Shown here: one piece after another, positions 6,751 to 16,072 of the stretch
Layout of the letters: each line of letters starts with the position of its first letter
Position numbering within the stretch: the stretch's first letter is position 1
Source of the DNA: a bacterium
Lineage (GTDB): Bacteria > Hinthialibacterota > Hinthialibacteria > Hinthialibacterales > Hinthialibacteraceae
DNA: 18,189 nt
Direction: 5' to 3'
Assembly: GCA_041946805.1 (NCBI GenBank)
Contig: JBHGBC010000124.1
Coordinates: forward strand, 1 to 18,189
The notes under the pieces: model-generated
What the model saw: the letters and a program-made list of their open reading frames with translations, nothing else
The model's database searches: none
What the model was told of the DNA's origin: nothing
Made by a program: the position numbers and the translations under genes

Positions 6751-8844
6751 ATGGTGGCGCGAAAAAAAAATCTCAAAAAATCCGAACTGTTCATCAACCG
6801 GGAAACCAGCTGGCTCGAATTCAACCGCCGCGTGCTCTTCGAGGCCCTGGACAAACGGAACCCGCTGCTGGAACGGGTCAAGTTCCTGGCCATCTTCAGC
6901 AGCAATCTGGACGAGTTCTTCATGAAACGCGTCGGCGGCCTGAAGCGGCAATCCAGCGCCGGAGTCACCCGCCGGACCATCGACGGCCTCACCCCCCACC
7001 AGCAACTCTCCCTCATCCGCCAGCTCGTGATCGAAATGGTCACCCAGCAGCGGCACTGCCTGATGGAGGAGATCTTCCCCACGCTGCGGCAGGAAGGGAT
7101 CACCGTCCTCTCCTACAATGAACTCAACAAGCAACAGAAAAAGCACGTCGATTCCTACTTCCAACGCTCGGTCTTTCCCATCCTCACCCCGCTGGGTGTC
7201 GGCCCCGGCCAGCCCTTCCCCTTCATCAGCAACCTGAGCATCTCCCTCGGCGTCCTGGTGCAGAAACCGAATTTCGAGGCCCCCGCCTTCGCCCGCGTCA
7301 AGATCCCCCAAAACCGGCCGCGCTGGCTCGACACCGGCGACCCGGCGGTCTTCGTCCCCATCGAAGAGGTCATCGCCGCCAATCTCTCCTTCCTCTTCCC
7401 GGGCGTGGAAGTGGTCGAATCCTGCCCCTTCCGGGTCACCCGCAACGCCGACATCGAGCGCAACGAGGAGGAAGCGGAAGACCTGATCGAACTGATCGAG
7501 GAAGAACTGCGCTACCGGAAATTCGCCCAGGTCGTCCGCCTGGAAATCTCGCAATCGGTCTCCGACGTCCTGCTGAAATGGCTCCTGGAGGAACTGGACC
7601 TCCAGGAGACCGACGTGTACAAGGTGAACGGGCCGCTCAACCTGATCGACCTGATGGACCTCTACAAGCAGGATTTCCCCCACCTCAAGGAAAAGCCGTG
7701 GAAGCCGGTCATCCCACCCAAGATCAAGGCCCTCGATGAAGAAGATTCCCCCTTGAACTTCTTCAACCTCCTCAAAAAAACCGACGTGCTGGTGCACCAT
7801 CCCTACGATTCCTTCGCCGGCAGCGTGCAGCGCTTTCTGCAGGAAGCCGCCCTGGATCCCCACGTGCTGGCCATCAAGCAGACCTTGTACCGCACCGCCG
7901 GCGATTCGCCCATCATCGAGGCGCTGGTCAAAGCCTCGGAAAACGGCAAACAGGTGGCCGTGCTGGTGGAAATCAAGGCCCGTTTCGATGAATCCAACAA
8001 CATCCAATGGGCCCGCACCCTGGAAAAAGCCGGCGTCCACGTCACCTACGGCTTCGCCGGCCTCAAGACCCACACCAAGACTCTTCTGGTGGTGCGCGAG
8101 GAACCCGACGGCATCCACCGATATTTCCACATCGGCACCGGGAACTACCACTCGGGCACGGCGAACCTCTACACGGACCTGGGGAAACTCAGTTCGCGCA
8201 AGGACATCGGCGAAGACCTCACCGACCTGTTCAACTTTCTCACCGGCCATTCGCAGCAGAAACATTACCGCAAACTGCTCATCGCGCCGGTCAACATGCG
8301 CGAACGGTTTCTCAAATTGATCCGCCGCGAACGCCATTTCCAGAAACAAGGCGTCCCCGGCCGGATCATCGCCAAGATGAACGCGCTGGAAGATCCGGAA
8401 ATCATTGAGGAACTCTACGAGGCCTCCCAGGCGGGCGTGGAAATCGACCTCATCGTCCGCGGCTTCTGCTGCATGCGCCCCGGCTTCCCCGGCGTCAGCG
8501 AACGGATCCGCATCATCAGCGTCATTGGACGGTTCTTGGAACACTCGCGGATCTTCTATTTCTACAACGGCGGGCAGGAAGAGTATTACATCGGCTCGGC
8601 GGACTGGATGAGCCGCAACCTCGATTACCGGGTCGAGGCCATCACCCCCATCGAAGATCCCGCCCTGAAGCAGGAACTGCGCGAAATCCTGGAGATCATC
8701 CTCTCCGACAACCGCAAGGCGTGGGATCTGCAGAGCGACGGAACGTACGTCCAGCGCCGCCCCAAGGAGGGCGAGGAAGAACGCAACTGCCACGAAATCC
8801 TGATGAAACGGGCGTTACAACGGAGCCTGGAGAGTACGCGCTAA
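6751..8844 (+). CDS. ppk1: Polyphosphate kinase 1
   Basis: FINRETSWLEFNRRVL, PLLERVKFLAIFSSNLDEFFMKRV, HHPYDSF, AIKQTLYR, EIKARFDE, KTHTK, GRFLEHSRI, IGSADWMSRNLDYRVE. ATG 6751 follows GGGAGA; ATG 6730 is an alternative start. Confidence 0.98.
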   Translation: MVARKKNLKKSELFINRETSWLEFNRRVLFEALDKRNPLLERVKFLAIFSSNLDEFFMKRVGGLKRQSSAGVTRRTIDGLTPHQQLSLIRQLVIEMVTQQRHCLMEEIFPTLRQEGITVLSYNELNKQQKKHVDSYFQRSVFPILTPLGVGPGQPFPFISNLSISLGVLVQKPNFEAPAFARVKIPQNRPRWLDTGDPAVFVPIEEVIAANLSFLFPGVEVVESCPFRVTRNADIERNEEEAEDLIELIEEELRYRKFAQVVRLEISQSVSDVLLKWLLEELDLQETDVYKVNGPLNLIDLMDLYKQDFPHLKEKPWKPVIPPKIKALDEEDSPLNFFNLLKKTDVLVHHPYDSFAGSVQRFLQEAALDPHVLAIKQTLYRTAGDSPIIEALVKASENGKQVAVLVEIKARFDESNNIQWARTLEKAGVHVTYGFAGLKTHTKTLLVVREEPDGIHRYFHIGTGNYHSGTANLYTDLGKLSSRKDIGEDLTDLFNFLTGHSQQKHYRKLLIAPVNMRERFLKLIRRERHFQKQGVPGRIIAKMNALEDPEIIEELYEASQAGVEIDLIVRGFCCMRPGFPGVSERIRIISVIGRFLEHSRIFYFYNGGQEEYYIGSADWMSRNLDYRVEAITPIEDPALKQELREILEIILSDNRKAWDLQSDGTYVQRRPKEGEEERNCHEILMKRALQRSLESTR

Positions 8845-10047
8845 CTCGTCCGCCAGCCGCAATCCCAGCCGCCGCGCGGCTTCCGCGTTGTAATGGCATT
8901 CGTCGATGAAAAAACGCCGGAACGCTTCGTCCGCCTCCCGCGGATCCCCCTCCTCCGCCCGCATCGCTTCCCGCCCATCCACAATCGGGATATTCCGCCG
9001 GGCGGCCACTTCCCGGAACACGTCGAAATACTCCCACTCGGGACGCAGGATGCTTTCCCCGAAGATCGACCCCCAGGGACGGTGGTTAGCCAGACACTCC
9101 CGCGCTCTCGCTTCGTCTCCCAGCCGGCGGTAGCACAATCCCAGGCAATAGCGGCTCAGGGAAAAGGCCCGGTCGGGAATGGTGTTGCGCGCTTCCTCCA
9201 TCCGTTCGACGGCCTCCCGGTACTCTCCCAGGGCGAACAGGCGGGACGCCTTCTCCACCAGGCCGTATGCGCCGGGATCCTGGTAAATCAGCAAAAAAAT
9301 CAGCCGGACGCCGTGATCGCGGCACAGATCCGCGGCTTTTTCCAATTCCTCCCGGAACCGGTCTTTCTCGACGCGGACCGGGACCTCATCCAACGGCGGC
9401 GGATTATCCTTCAGCGGCCGCAACCGGCGCTGCCCCATTTCGTACCCCAGCGCGAACACCGTGTTGCTCCACTCCAGGATGTCCGCGATCCGCCGGCCCC
9501 GCGCGATCCACGCGAACGAAGCCTCCGAATCCGGCGGACGCACCACCAGGTAGCGGCGGTCGTTATAACCCGGCGCGAAAATCACCACGCCGGGCCGGTA
9601 TTGCAGCAGGTTGGCCAAGCGGACGCGGCACTGCAGGGCGGAGTAACCGTGCACGCCCGCGTTGATCACTTCCGCGTCCAGGCCCCGGTTCCGCAATTCG
9701 GCCTGCGCCACGGCCGCGAAGGTCTCGCTGTCCTGCAATCCAAAACCGTAGGTGCGCGAATCGCCGATGGCCAGAATCCGGTGCGCGTGAGTGGACTTCA
9801 CGGCGTATTCCTCCGGCCCGCGGAATCCGGCGGCATCGGTATGCACCGGCTGTCCGAAGGCTTCGCCCCGGTAGGAATTCTTCAACCGCCACAGCGTGCC
9901 GCTGTCCCACCGGAAGGCGCGGAAATCGGTATCCCGCTGCGCCGCGTACCGCGCGCCGAAATAAATATCGGTTCCGAGGCAGAATAAAAGGAAAACCAGG
10001 GCCAGGAGAATCTTCCTCTCGCGGGAGGTTTGGGGAAAAAACGCCAT
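8815..10047 (-). CDS. SGNH/GDSL hydrolase with N-terminal membrane anchor and internal TPR-like insert
   Basis: Blocks GDSRTYG, NAGVHGYS, GYND and DECH; hydrophobic ILLALVFLLFCLG near the N-terminus; TPR-like helices (LFALGEYREAVERM...YCLGLCYRRLGDEARARECL). Start 10047 has GGAG upstream; 10062 is possible. The ORF-track start at 10155 lies inside the inserted element. Confidence 0.85.
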   Translation of the reverse strand: MAFFPQTSRERKILLALVFLLFCLGTDIYFGARYAAQRDTDFRAFRWDSGTLWRLKNSYRGEAFGQPVHTDAAGFRGPEEYAVKSTHAHRILAIGDSRTYGFGLQDSETFAAVAQAELRNRGLDAEVINAGVHGYSALQCRVRLANLLQYRPGVVIFAPGYNDRRYLVVRPPDSEASFAWIARGRRIADILEWSNTVFALGYEMGQRRLRPLKDNPPPLDEVPVRVEKDRFREELEKAADLCRDHGVRLIFLLIYQDPGAYGLVEKASRLFALGEYREAVERMEEARNTIPDRAFSLSRYCLGLCYRRLGDEARARECLANHRPWGSIFGESILRPEWEYFDVFREVAARRNIPIVDGREAMRAEEGDPREADEAFRRFFIDECHYNAEAARRLGLRLADELARTLQAPL

Positions 10048-10081
10048 GCCTCGCGGCTCCATTCGTTCCGATGATTTTTCG

Positions 10082-10331
10082 GATTCATCCGATAAGTGCG
10101 TACGTTTTTCCGAACGCGTGGCCGGACATCGATCAGGCTCGTTGGAGAGAGCCACCCGCCATTCCTTCTCCCTCTGGGAGAGGGCCAGGGTGAGGGAAAG
10201 CCTCTCCTGGGCGCCGGTCCCCTCGTCGGATTCCTAAATCCTGGCCGGGAAGGCAATGAGTTGCCTTCGGTTCGGAGTAAGGGAATTGCAATACGATTTT
10301 CCCCATCCTGTTCACACTTGTCGGATGAACC
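10082..10331. mobile_element. Putative MITE (non-autonomous), 250 bp
   Basis: Left end GATTCATCCGATAAGTGCGTAC versus reverse complement of right end GGTTCATCCGACAAGTGTGAAC (18/22). Flanked exactly by ATTTTTCG at 10074-10081 and 10332-10339. No transposase inside. Confidence 0.75.
10167..10198. repeat. REP/boxC-like repeat, copy 3 (first module only), nested inside the MITE
   Basis: TCTCCCTCTGGGAGAGGGCCAGGGTGAGGGAA, identical to 42-73 and 577-608. Confidence 0.9.
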
Positions 10332-10430
10332 ATTTTTCGGATGCGGCCTCAGGCAGGATCCCTCGGGGATTGGCTCAAGACATGCTCCAACCGGCAGTCC
10401 CGGGAAACACGGCGCGCCTGGCCCGGGTGG

Positions 10431-11933
10431 TTATTTCAAGGTGGAGAGCCATTCGTTGGTCACGTAGGCGTCTTCCCGGGTGGGAATGATCCCCAGCGCG
10501 GACAACAGTTGGGTGTAACGGCCCAGATATCCATACCGCGTGGTGACCACGTTGTTTTGCGCCTCCACCAGTTCGGTCAGCGCCGTGGTCACGTCCAAAC
10601 TGTCGGCCAGGCCTTCCTCGTAGAGGTTGAGAAAGCGCTGGTGGTTTTCGACGGCCACCACTTCCGCTTCCTGGGCGATCTCCAGGTTGCGCTTCTCTTC
10701 CTGCAGGTTCAACACCGCGATTTCCACTTCGGTGAAGACGGACCGCTCGGTTTCCTCGTACCGTTGCTGATCGGCCGACAGTTTCGCCTTGGTGCGCTTG
10801 ACCTTGGCGATTTTCCGGAACCCCTCGAAAATGGGCACCTGCACTTGCGCCTGGATGGCCCATTCTTCTTTATCGAAATCGAATTGGCTTTCGTTGTATC
10901 CCCACCGCCCGCCGGCGGACAACCGGGGCAGGAATTCGCCCCGCGCCATCTGGATCCCCTCCTCCGACTGCTGGACGAGGATCGCGGCCACCTGGATGGA
11001 CGGATGGTTCTCCGCCGCCATCGCGAACAAGCGCGGCGCGTCCTGAACCAGGCCCAGGATTTCCGGGGAGGGATTGTACGATCCCAGAGCGCCGCCCTCA
11101 AACTGGATGGGTTGATCGATCGGTATGCCCAGCACCTTGTTCAAACGGACCAATGCGCTTTGGAGAGTGATTTCCGCGGTTACCACGTCCCGCAGCGCCG
11201 AGGAGCGTGCCAGTTCCGCCCGCAGCACGTCGGTGCGGATCCGCAGGCCCACCTCGAAATTGGTCTTTGCGGTGTTGAGCTGCTTCCCCGCCAGTTCCAG
11301 GCGCTGTTTCTGCACCTGCAACAGCTCATTGGCCTGCAAGACCGTGAGATAGGCCAGGATGGTCTGGAACACCACCGTCTGCTCTTGCCCGGCGGTCTGC
11401 CAGGCGGCCGCCTCCTCCTGCAGGTTCGCCAGCTTGATCAGACCGATCACCGACCGGTCGAATACCAGTTGCGAGAGCTGGATGAAATTCTCGTAGTTCG
11501 CCCCCGTGAATCCCAAATCACCGAAATTGAATAAATCCTTCAAGGGCGAATCGGGGGGCAGATTGGGGGTGGAAAACTCGTAGCGGTCCGAGGCGGACCG
11601 CCGGTACGTGCCCTGAAACGCCAGCTGCGGCCAGAACGCGCTCTCCGCTTCCTTGATGGCTTGCTGGGACATTTCCTGCTCGAACCGGACGGCGTTCAAC
11701 TGCCGATTTTTCTCCAGGGCGATCTCCACCGCCTGCGCCAGGGTCAGCGCGCGGGTGGCTTCCGCCGTTTCCAGGGCGGCCACGGCGGGGGCGGCCCCGC
11801 TTTGGGCGCGCCCCTCGCAGGGCAACGCGAGTCCAAGTCCAAGACCGGCGCATGCGAGTAATACTCCCCAGCCCGGCGCGCCAACCCGGTGGAACACGGG
11901 AATGAAAATGCGGGATGACCAGCTGAACACCAT
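10431..11933 (-). CDS. TolC-family outer membrane efflux protein (500 aa)
   Basis: ATG 11933 with GGAGGT RBS; hydrophobic signal region; LTLAQAVEIALEKN, SAFWPQL, GEFLPRLSA, QVPIFEG, YEEGLADSLDV; two-repeat helical architecture. Confidence 0.92.
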   Translation of the reverse strand: MVFSWSSRIFIPVFHRVGAPGWGVLLACAGLGLGLALPCEGRAQSGAAPAVAALETAEATRALTLAQAVEIALEKNRQLNAVRFEQEMSQQAIKEAESAFWPQLAFQGTYRRSASDRYEFSTPNLPPDSPLKDLFNFGDLGFTGANYENFIQLSQLVFDRSVIGLIKLANLQEEAAAWQTAGQEQTVVFQTILAYLTVLQANELLQVQKQRLELAGKQLNTAKTNFEVGLRIRTDVLRAELARSSALRDVVTAEITLQSALVRLNKVLGIPIDQPIQFEGGALGSYNPSPEILGLVQDAPRLFAMAAENHPSIQVAAILVQQSEEGIQMARGEFLPRLSAGGRWGYNESQFDFDKEEWAIQAQVQVPIFEGFRKIAKVKRTKAKLSADQQRYEETERSVFTEVEIAVLNLQEEKRNLEIAQEAEVVAVENHQRFLNLYEEGLADSLDVTTALTELVEAQNNVVTTRYGYLGRYTQLLSALGIIPTREDAYVTNEWLSTLK

Positions 11934-12099
11934 GAGTAACACCTCCGGAACCACGATCATGGATGGAATCGACCGGCACGCCCGGGAGGCTGATCCCAAA
12001 TCCTGGACGTGCTCTCGCCGGACATACAAACCGGCTGCGCCCTTCAACACTATATCCGCTTCCAGTACAAACCGGTACGCTTTCACAAAGCCGCCGGAT

Positions 12100-13179
12100 T
12101 CACCCTTCCACGGGCATGGGCTTTTCCAGTTCCTTCTTCAACAAATCAATGGCGGGAATGGGATAGGGATCCTGCTTGTACAAAAAAGCCAGGTACAGGC
12201 TCACGAAATCACCCAGGATGATCAGCGAAAACATGCGGGCGAGCAATCCCGTTCCCGTGGATTGTTCCTCGGAAATCCCGCTGGCGGCCGGCTCCAGGAT
12301 CTTGCGCATGATCTGAAAACGCTGGCGGATTTGCTTGTGATACCCCTTGTCCATCAGGAACACCACGTGGAACGCCCGCACCAGGTCTTCCGGATGGCTC
12401 CACCCCAGGATCTCATTATGATTCATCTCCGGGACGACGAAATCATGCGCGAAGGATTTGCTGTTTTCGTTGATCTGCGCCCGCCAGCGCGCCGCCACCG
12501 GTTGAAACGCGTCCTGCCCCGCGTAAATCACGGGAAGATTCCCCTGCAACGCCAACGCCAGCCGCTTCGCCTTGTTGGCATCGGTCGGCGCCGCGAACGA
12601 GTACTGTTCGATGCACCTCTCCAGAGTTTTATAAAGGCCCTGGATGGCCCGCCGCTGGTCCGGCAGCAACCCCCACCGCTCGAAGAACACCAACAGCGGC
12701 ATGAACGAGTACCCCAAGGCCGCGCGGGGAGCATACCCCCCGGGGATGGCCAAAAAGGGATATCCGTCCTTCTGACAATCCGCTCCCAGTTTCCCTCCCG
12801 TGGTGATGGCCACAATCGCCGCGCCCCGTTTTTTCGCATCCCGGTAGCAGGAGAGCGTCTCCTCCGTGTTCCCCGAATACGAGGCGGTGATCACCAGCGT
12901 GCGGGGCCCCACATACCGCGGGACCGTGTAATTCCGCGTCACTTCGATGGGCACGGCGCACTCGGCGGCGGCGTACGCGCGCAGCAGATCGCCCCCGATG
13001 GCCGATCCGCCCATGCCGCAGATCACAACGTTCTGGATGTCCTTGACCGGCGGCAAATCAAATCCGCGGGCCAGTTCCTCCCCGTGCCGGCATTGCTCCA
13101 AAAACCGCTCCGCGCAATCCAGCAGCCCCGAGGGGTCCAGCTGGCGGCGGATTTCTTCTTTATCCAGCAATTTGGTCAT
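12100..13179 (-). CDS. Bifunctional phosphoglucose/phosphomannose isomerase (SIS domain + PGI/PMI C-terminal domain)
   Basis: ATG 13179 with AGGAG RBS; GMGGSAIGG, SYSGNTEET, PRAALGY, QINENSK, PEMNHNEI, DPYPIPAIDLLK. Confidence 0.93.
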   Translation of the reverse strand: MTKLLDKEEIRRQLDPSGLLDCAERFLEQCRHGEELARGFDLPPVKDIQNVVICGMGGSAIGGDLLRAYAAAECAVPIEVTRNYTVPRYVGPRTLVITASYSGNTEETLSCYRDAKKRGAAIVAITTGGKLGADCQKDGYPFLAIPGGYAPRAALGYSFMPLLVFFERWGLLPDQRRAIQGLYKTLERCIEQYSFAAPTDANKAKRLALALQGNLPVIYAGQDAFQPVAARWRAQINENSKSFAHDFVVPEMNHNEILGWSHPEDLVRAFHVVFLMDKGYHKQIRQRFQIMRKILEPAASGISEEQSTGTGLLARMFSLIILGDFVSLYLAFLYKQDPYPIPAIDLLKKELEKPMPVEG

Positions 13180-13427
13180 GGCTCCTACCATCCCCTTGTA
13201 TCCCGGTATCCGCGCCCGGGAACACGGTGTGATAAATAATCCGCATGAATTGTAATGGAAGGTGGATTTTCTCACTAGCGGAAAGAAGGGGCGCTCAACC
13301 GGAAGGTCAAACTCCCGGACAAGCCACGAAACGGGGAGGCGTCAGGTCCGGCGGGCGGCAACCCGCGCCTTCCCCACCCTCAAACCGTGACCGCGGCCGC
13401 CGGATGTCATGCTGTGAAACAGCAGCG

Positions 13428-14135
13428 CTATCCAAGGTCCTCCGTGATGTCCCATCCTGGATCTGGAGCGGCCGGCGGCGGGATTTCCACGATTTCATTC
13501 CATTGGCGGAGATATTCCTCCCGGAACTCTTTCAGCCGCTCCATCACCGACTGGTATGTCTGCAGAAGGTATTCCCCGATTTCACCCGATGCGTCCTCCT
13601 CCTCGAGGATCGCCCGCGCATCGTTGAATCCAGCCTGGATCTCTTCTCCCAGCAAGCCGGCAAAAGCTGGTTGCTTTTCTTCCCCGCCCGCCTCCGGTTG
13701 AAGACGATGATAAGCCTCTTCAAAACCGGCGGCGTATCGCACGATCCGGTCCGCCGTGTTCCCGGAAGTGGCCTGGATCAGCCTTTCCCCCCAGGTGGCC
13801 TCCTCTGGTGGAACCGTTTCCGGCCCGGCCTTCCGCGGCATTCCGAAACGTTGTTCCAAACGCGACTTGACCTGCTCGAAGAGTACGAAGGCCGCGGTGA
13901 TCCGGGGGCCGCTCTCCGTGTCATCCCCTTCCGAAACTTCGGGATCCTCCGCCGGCGGGACGGCGGGATGGGCCTTGGATGACAAGATGACCTGGTCCCG
14001 CGCCGCTTCACTGTTCCGGGTGGAAGCGGTTTCCTCTACTCGTGATAGAGTGTTCCGCGCCTCGGACCGCTTCATCGATTCCGCCGCGCCCGCGCCCGCC
14101 CGTGGAACCGGCCAGGAATTGATCGGATCCAACAT
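13428..14135 (-). CDS. DUF5610-like protein (235 aa)
   Basis: TADRIVRYAAGFEEAY...IQAGFNDARAIL...GEIGEYLLQTYQSVMERLKEF resembles DUF5610 as I recall it; low-complexity N-terminus with DQVILSSKA; GGGAGG upstream. Confidence 0.75.
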   Translation of the reverse strand: MLDPINSWPVPRAGAGAAESMKRSEARNTLSRVEETASTRNSEAARDQVILSSKAHPAVPPAEDPEVSEGDDTESGPRITAAFVLFEQVKSRLEQRFGMPRKAGPETVPPEEATWGERLIQATSGNTADRIVRYAAGFEEAYHRLQPEAGGEEKQPAFAGLLGEEIQAGFNDARAILEEEDASGEIGEYLLQTYQSVMERLKEFREEYLRQWNEIVEIPPPAAPDPGWDITEDLG

Positions 14136-14194
14136 GACGACTCACCCCCTCCCGGGAACCCCCAGTAGGAAATGGCAAATTACCCCGTTTCCGA

Positions 14195-14221
14195 TTATCG
14201 GCTTTTCCGACTGAAGCTTGA
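14195..14221 (-). promoter_or_regulatory. Sigma28 (FliA/SigD-type) promoter
   Basis: Minus strand reads TCAA-GCTTCAGTCGGAAAA(15 nt)-GCCGATAA: exact -10 element, 15-nt spacer and TCAAG -35 variant, about 60 bp upstream of the ATG at 14135. Confidence 0.8.
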
Positions 14222-14329
14222 GGGGGAATTCTAACCATCGATAGAACGAATCCGGGAGAAATGCCTGCCATGAATGGAAGTGTACCGGGCGGGAAGAGCG
14301 CTGCGGAATCCACTGGATCCGGCCTTATC

Positions 14330-16072
14330 TTATTCCACCCGGGTGGGACTGAACGGCCGCGAGGGCAGGTTCTCGATGCGGGCCAGTTCTTCCTCGATTT
14401 CCTTCTCGATGGCGTTCAACTGCAACTGCTTCTCCGCCCAGCGGGATTGGATCTCCTCGAGCGGGCGCATCATGGCCAACGTCAATTCCTGCACGAAATC
14501 CCCGAACCAAAGGTCGCGCCATTCCTCCCCGCCGGCCCACAGCACCCGCCGCGCGCCCCGGGCGTACAAGATCACCAGGCACGCAAGGTAGAAAAACACC
14601 AGGAACACCAGATTCTCCAGCAGCGCGCCCGCCCCCAAAAGGCCGATCAGGATGGCGATGCATTCCCGGATTCCCGCCAGCGAAAACCACCGGCCCTCCC
14701 ATTCCATCAGGCGCAGCAAGACCGGCTGGATGATCGGGAACCAAACCAAGGGAAGGCACGCCGCCGCCTTCCAGGCCGGCCCGGGAGGAGGCAGCGTGGC
14801 CAGAACGCTTTGGATGACGCGCTCCTCGTACAGGGTGATCAGGCGGTGAAACAATTCCTCCACCCGGGCGTTCCAATCCCCCAGATCCCCCGCCAAGGCC
14901 GCCAGTTCCGGAGATTGCTCCTCCACTTCCGCCCACAGATTCTGCAGGCGCGCCGGGGCCGATTGCCCCTCAAAACGCAGAAGGTCCCGCGGGGTGGCCG
15001 CCGTTTCCGGTTCGCGGACCCGCGGGGCGAAGCGCCCGCCGAAGTACGCAATCACGCCCGCCAAGGGATAAAACAGCGTGCGCAGCACCGGCCAGTGCTG
15101 GATCCGCTGATAAAACAATCCGCTGTTGATCCGGTGATGCACCAGATCCAGGGCCAGCACCCGCTTTTTCACCGCCTCGAAATAGGCTTCCCCGAATTGG
15201 CGCTGCATTTCCGCTTGGATGAATTCCATCGCCCGTTCGATTTCCTGGATGCGCCCGGGCAGGTCGTAGTGGGCGCGCAGCCGTTCCAGGTTCTTCCCGA
15301 ATTCCGCCCGCAGGTTCTTGACCTTGGCTTTGAGGATCTCTTCCGGCGAATGGCGGCGGATGACCTGTTCGTGCAGAATCGGGAATTCATACCGTTCCGG
15401 GTGCAGCGCGGAGATCATCAGCAGGCGTTGGGGATTGGGAGGGGGAACGCCCCGCTTTTCGCATTCCCGCTGGAGATAGCCGAGCACTTCCTGGCGGACG
15501 GTTTCCAGGTCCGCCCGCCCCTCCAACTGGTCCACCTTGTTGAAAAGGCAAAAATAATATTCGTGGCTTTGAGCGATGGTTTCGAGCTGGTTGACGAACT
15601 CATAGTCCCCGTATTTGCGGGGTGAGATCACCCACAGGAAGCCCTGCAGGTAGCGCGCGAGCCGCTTCACGTCCTCGAGATGCGAGAGGAAACGGCTGTC
15701 GTAGTCGGGAAAATCCACCAGGATCACGTTGCGCAACTCCTCGCGGGCATGGACGGAATAGTCGACCCGGCCGCTGAGTTCGCCGGCGAAGCGCCGTTCC
15801 AACGCCGCCTGGTCCGCCTGATGGCAATACGCCACCGCCTTGCGCGTGCCTTCGTCGAGGATATCCGTGTCGATGGAGATCCGCCCCCCGGCCAGGCGGT
15901 TGATGAGCGTCGTCTTCCCGACGTCCTTTCCCCCCACGATGCCGTAAAGAAACAACGAATCCTGTTCCGATTCCCCGGTTTGCCGGTGCAGGGGCAAGGC
16001 CGCTTTTTCCGTCAACCGCGCCAGGTCCTGGTTCAGGTTTTCCAAATCGGTGCGAAGCGAATCAATCTTCAT
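14330..16072 (-). CDS. Dynamin/Era-like P-loop GTPase with C-terminal membrane helices (580 aa), partner B
   Basis: G1 GGKDVGKT, G2 EGT, G3 DFPD, G4 NKVD; helical middle region; hydrophobic segments ACLPLVWFPIIQPVLL and IAILIGLLGAGALLENLVFLVFFYLACLVILYA. Confidence 0.88.
   Translation of the reverse strand: MKIDSLRTDLENLNQDLARLTEKAALPLHRQTGESEQDSLFLYGIVGGKDVGKTTLINRLAGGRISIDTDILDEGTRKAVAYCHQADQAALERRFAGELSGRVDYSVHAREELRNVILVDFPDYDSRFLSHLEDVKRLARYLQGFLWVISPRKYGDYEFVNQLETIAQSHEYYFCLFNKVDQLEGRADLETVRQEVLGYLQRECEKRGVPPPNPQRLLMISALHPERYEFPILHEQVIRRHSPEEILKAKVKNLRAEFGKNLERLRAHYDLPGRIQEIERAMEFIQAEMQRQFGEAYFEAVKKRVLALDLVHHRINSGLFYQRIQHWPVLRTLFYPLAGVIAYFGGRFAPRVREPETAATPRDLLRFEGQSAPARLQNLWAEVEEQSPELAALAGDLGDWNARVEELFHRLITLYEERVIQSVLATLPPPGPAWKAAACLPLVWFPIIQPVLLRLMEWEGRWFSLAGIRECIAILIGLLGAGALLENLVFLVFFYLACLVILYARGARRVLWAGGEEWRDLWFGDFVQELTLAMMRPLEEIQSRWAEKQLQLNAIEKEIEEELARIENLPSRPFSPTRVE

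Noticed and set aside
10096..10489. Small ORFs within and around the MITE as a transposase remnant
   Set aside because: No DDE, HUH or HTH motifs; the SLWERARVR-type peptides are simply translations of the palindromic repeat.
13295..13380. c-di-GMP-I riboswitch-like stretch (GTCAAACTCCCG...GAAACGGGGAGGCG)
   Set aside because: Lacks the GGCAAAC and GACGCAAAG core and the tetraloop geometry, and no credible + strand gene follows. The hairpins may be 3' structure of the DUF5610-like transcript. An Rfam cmscan would settle it.
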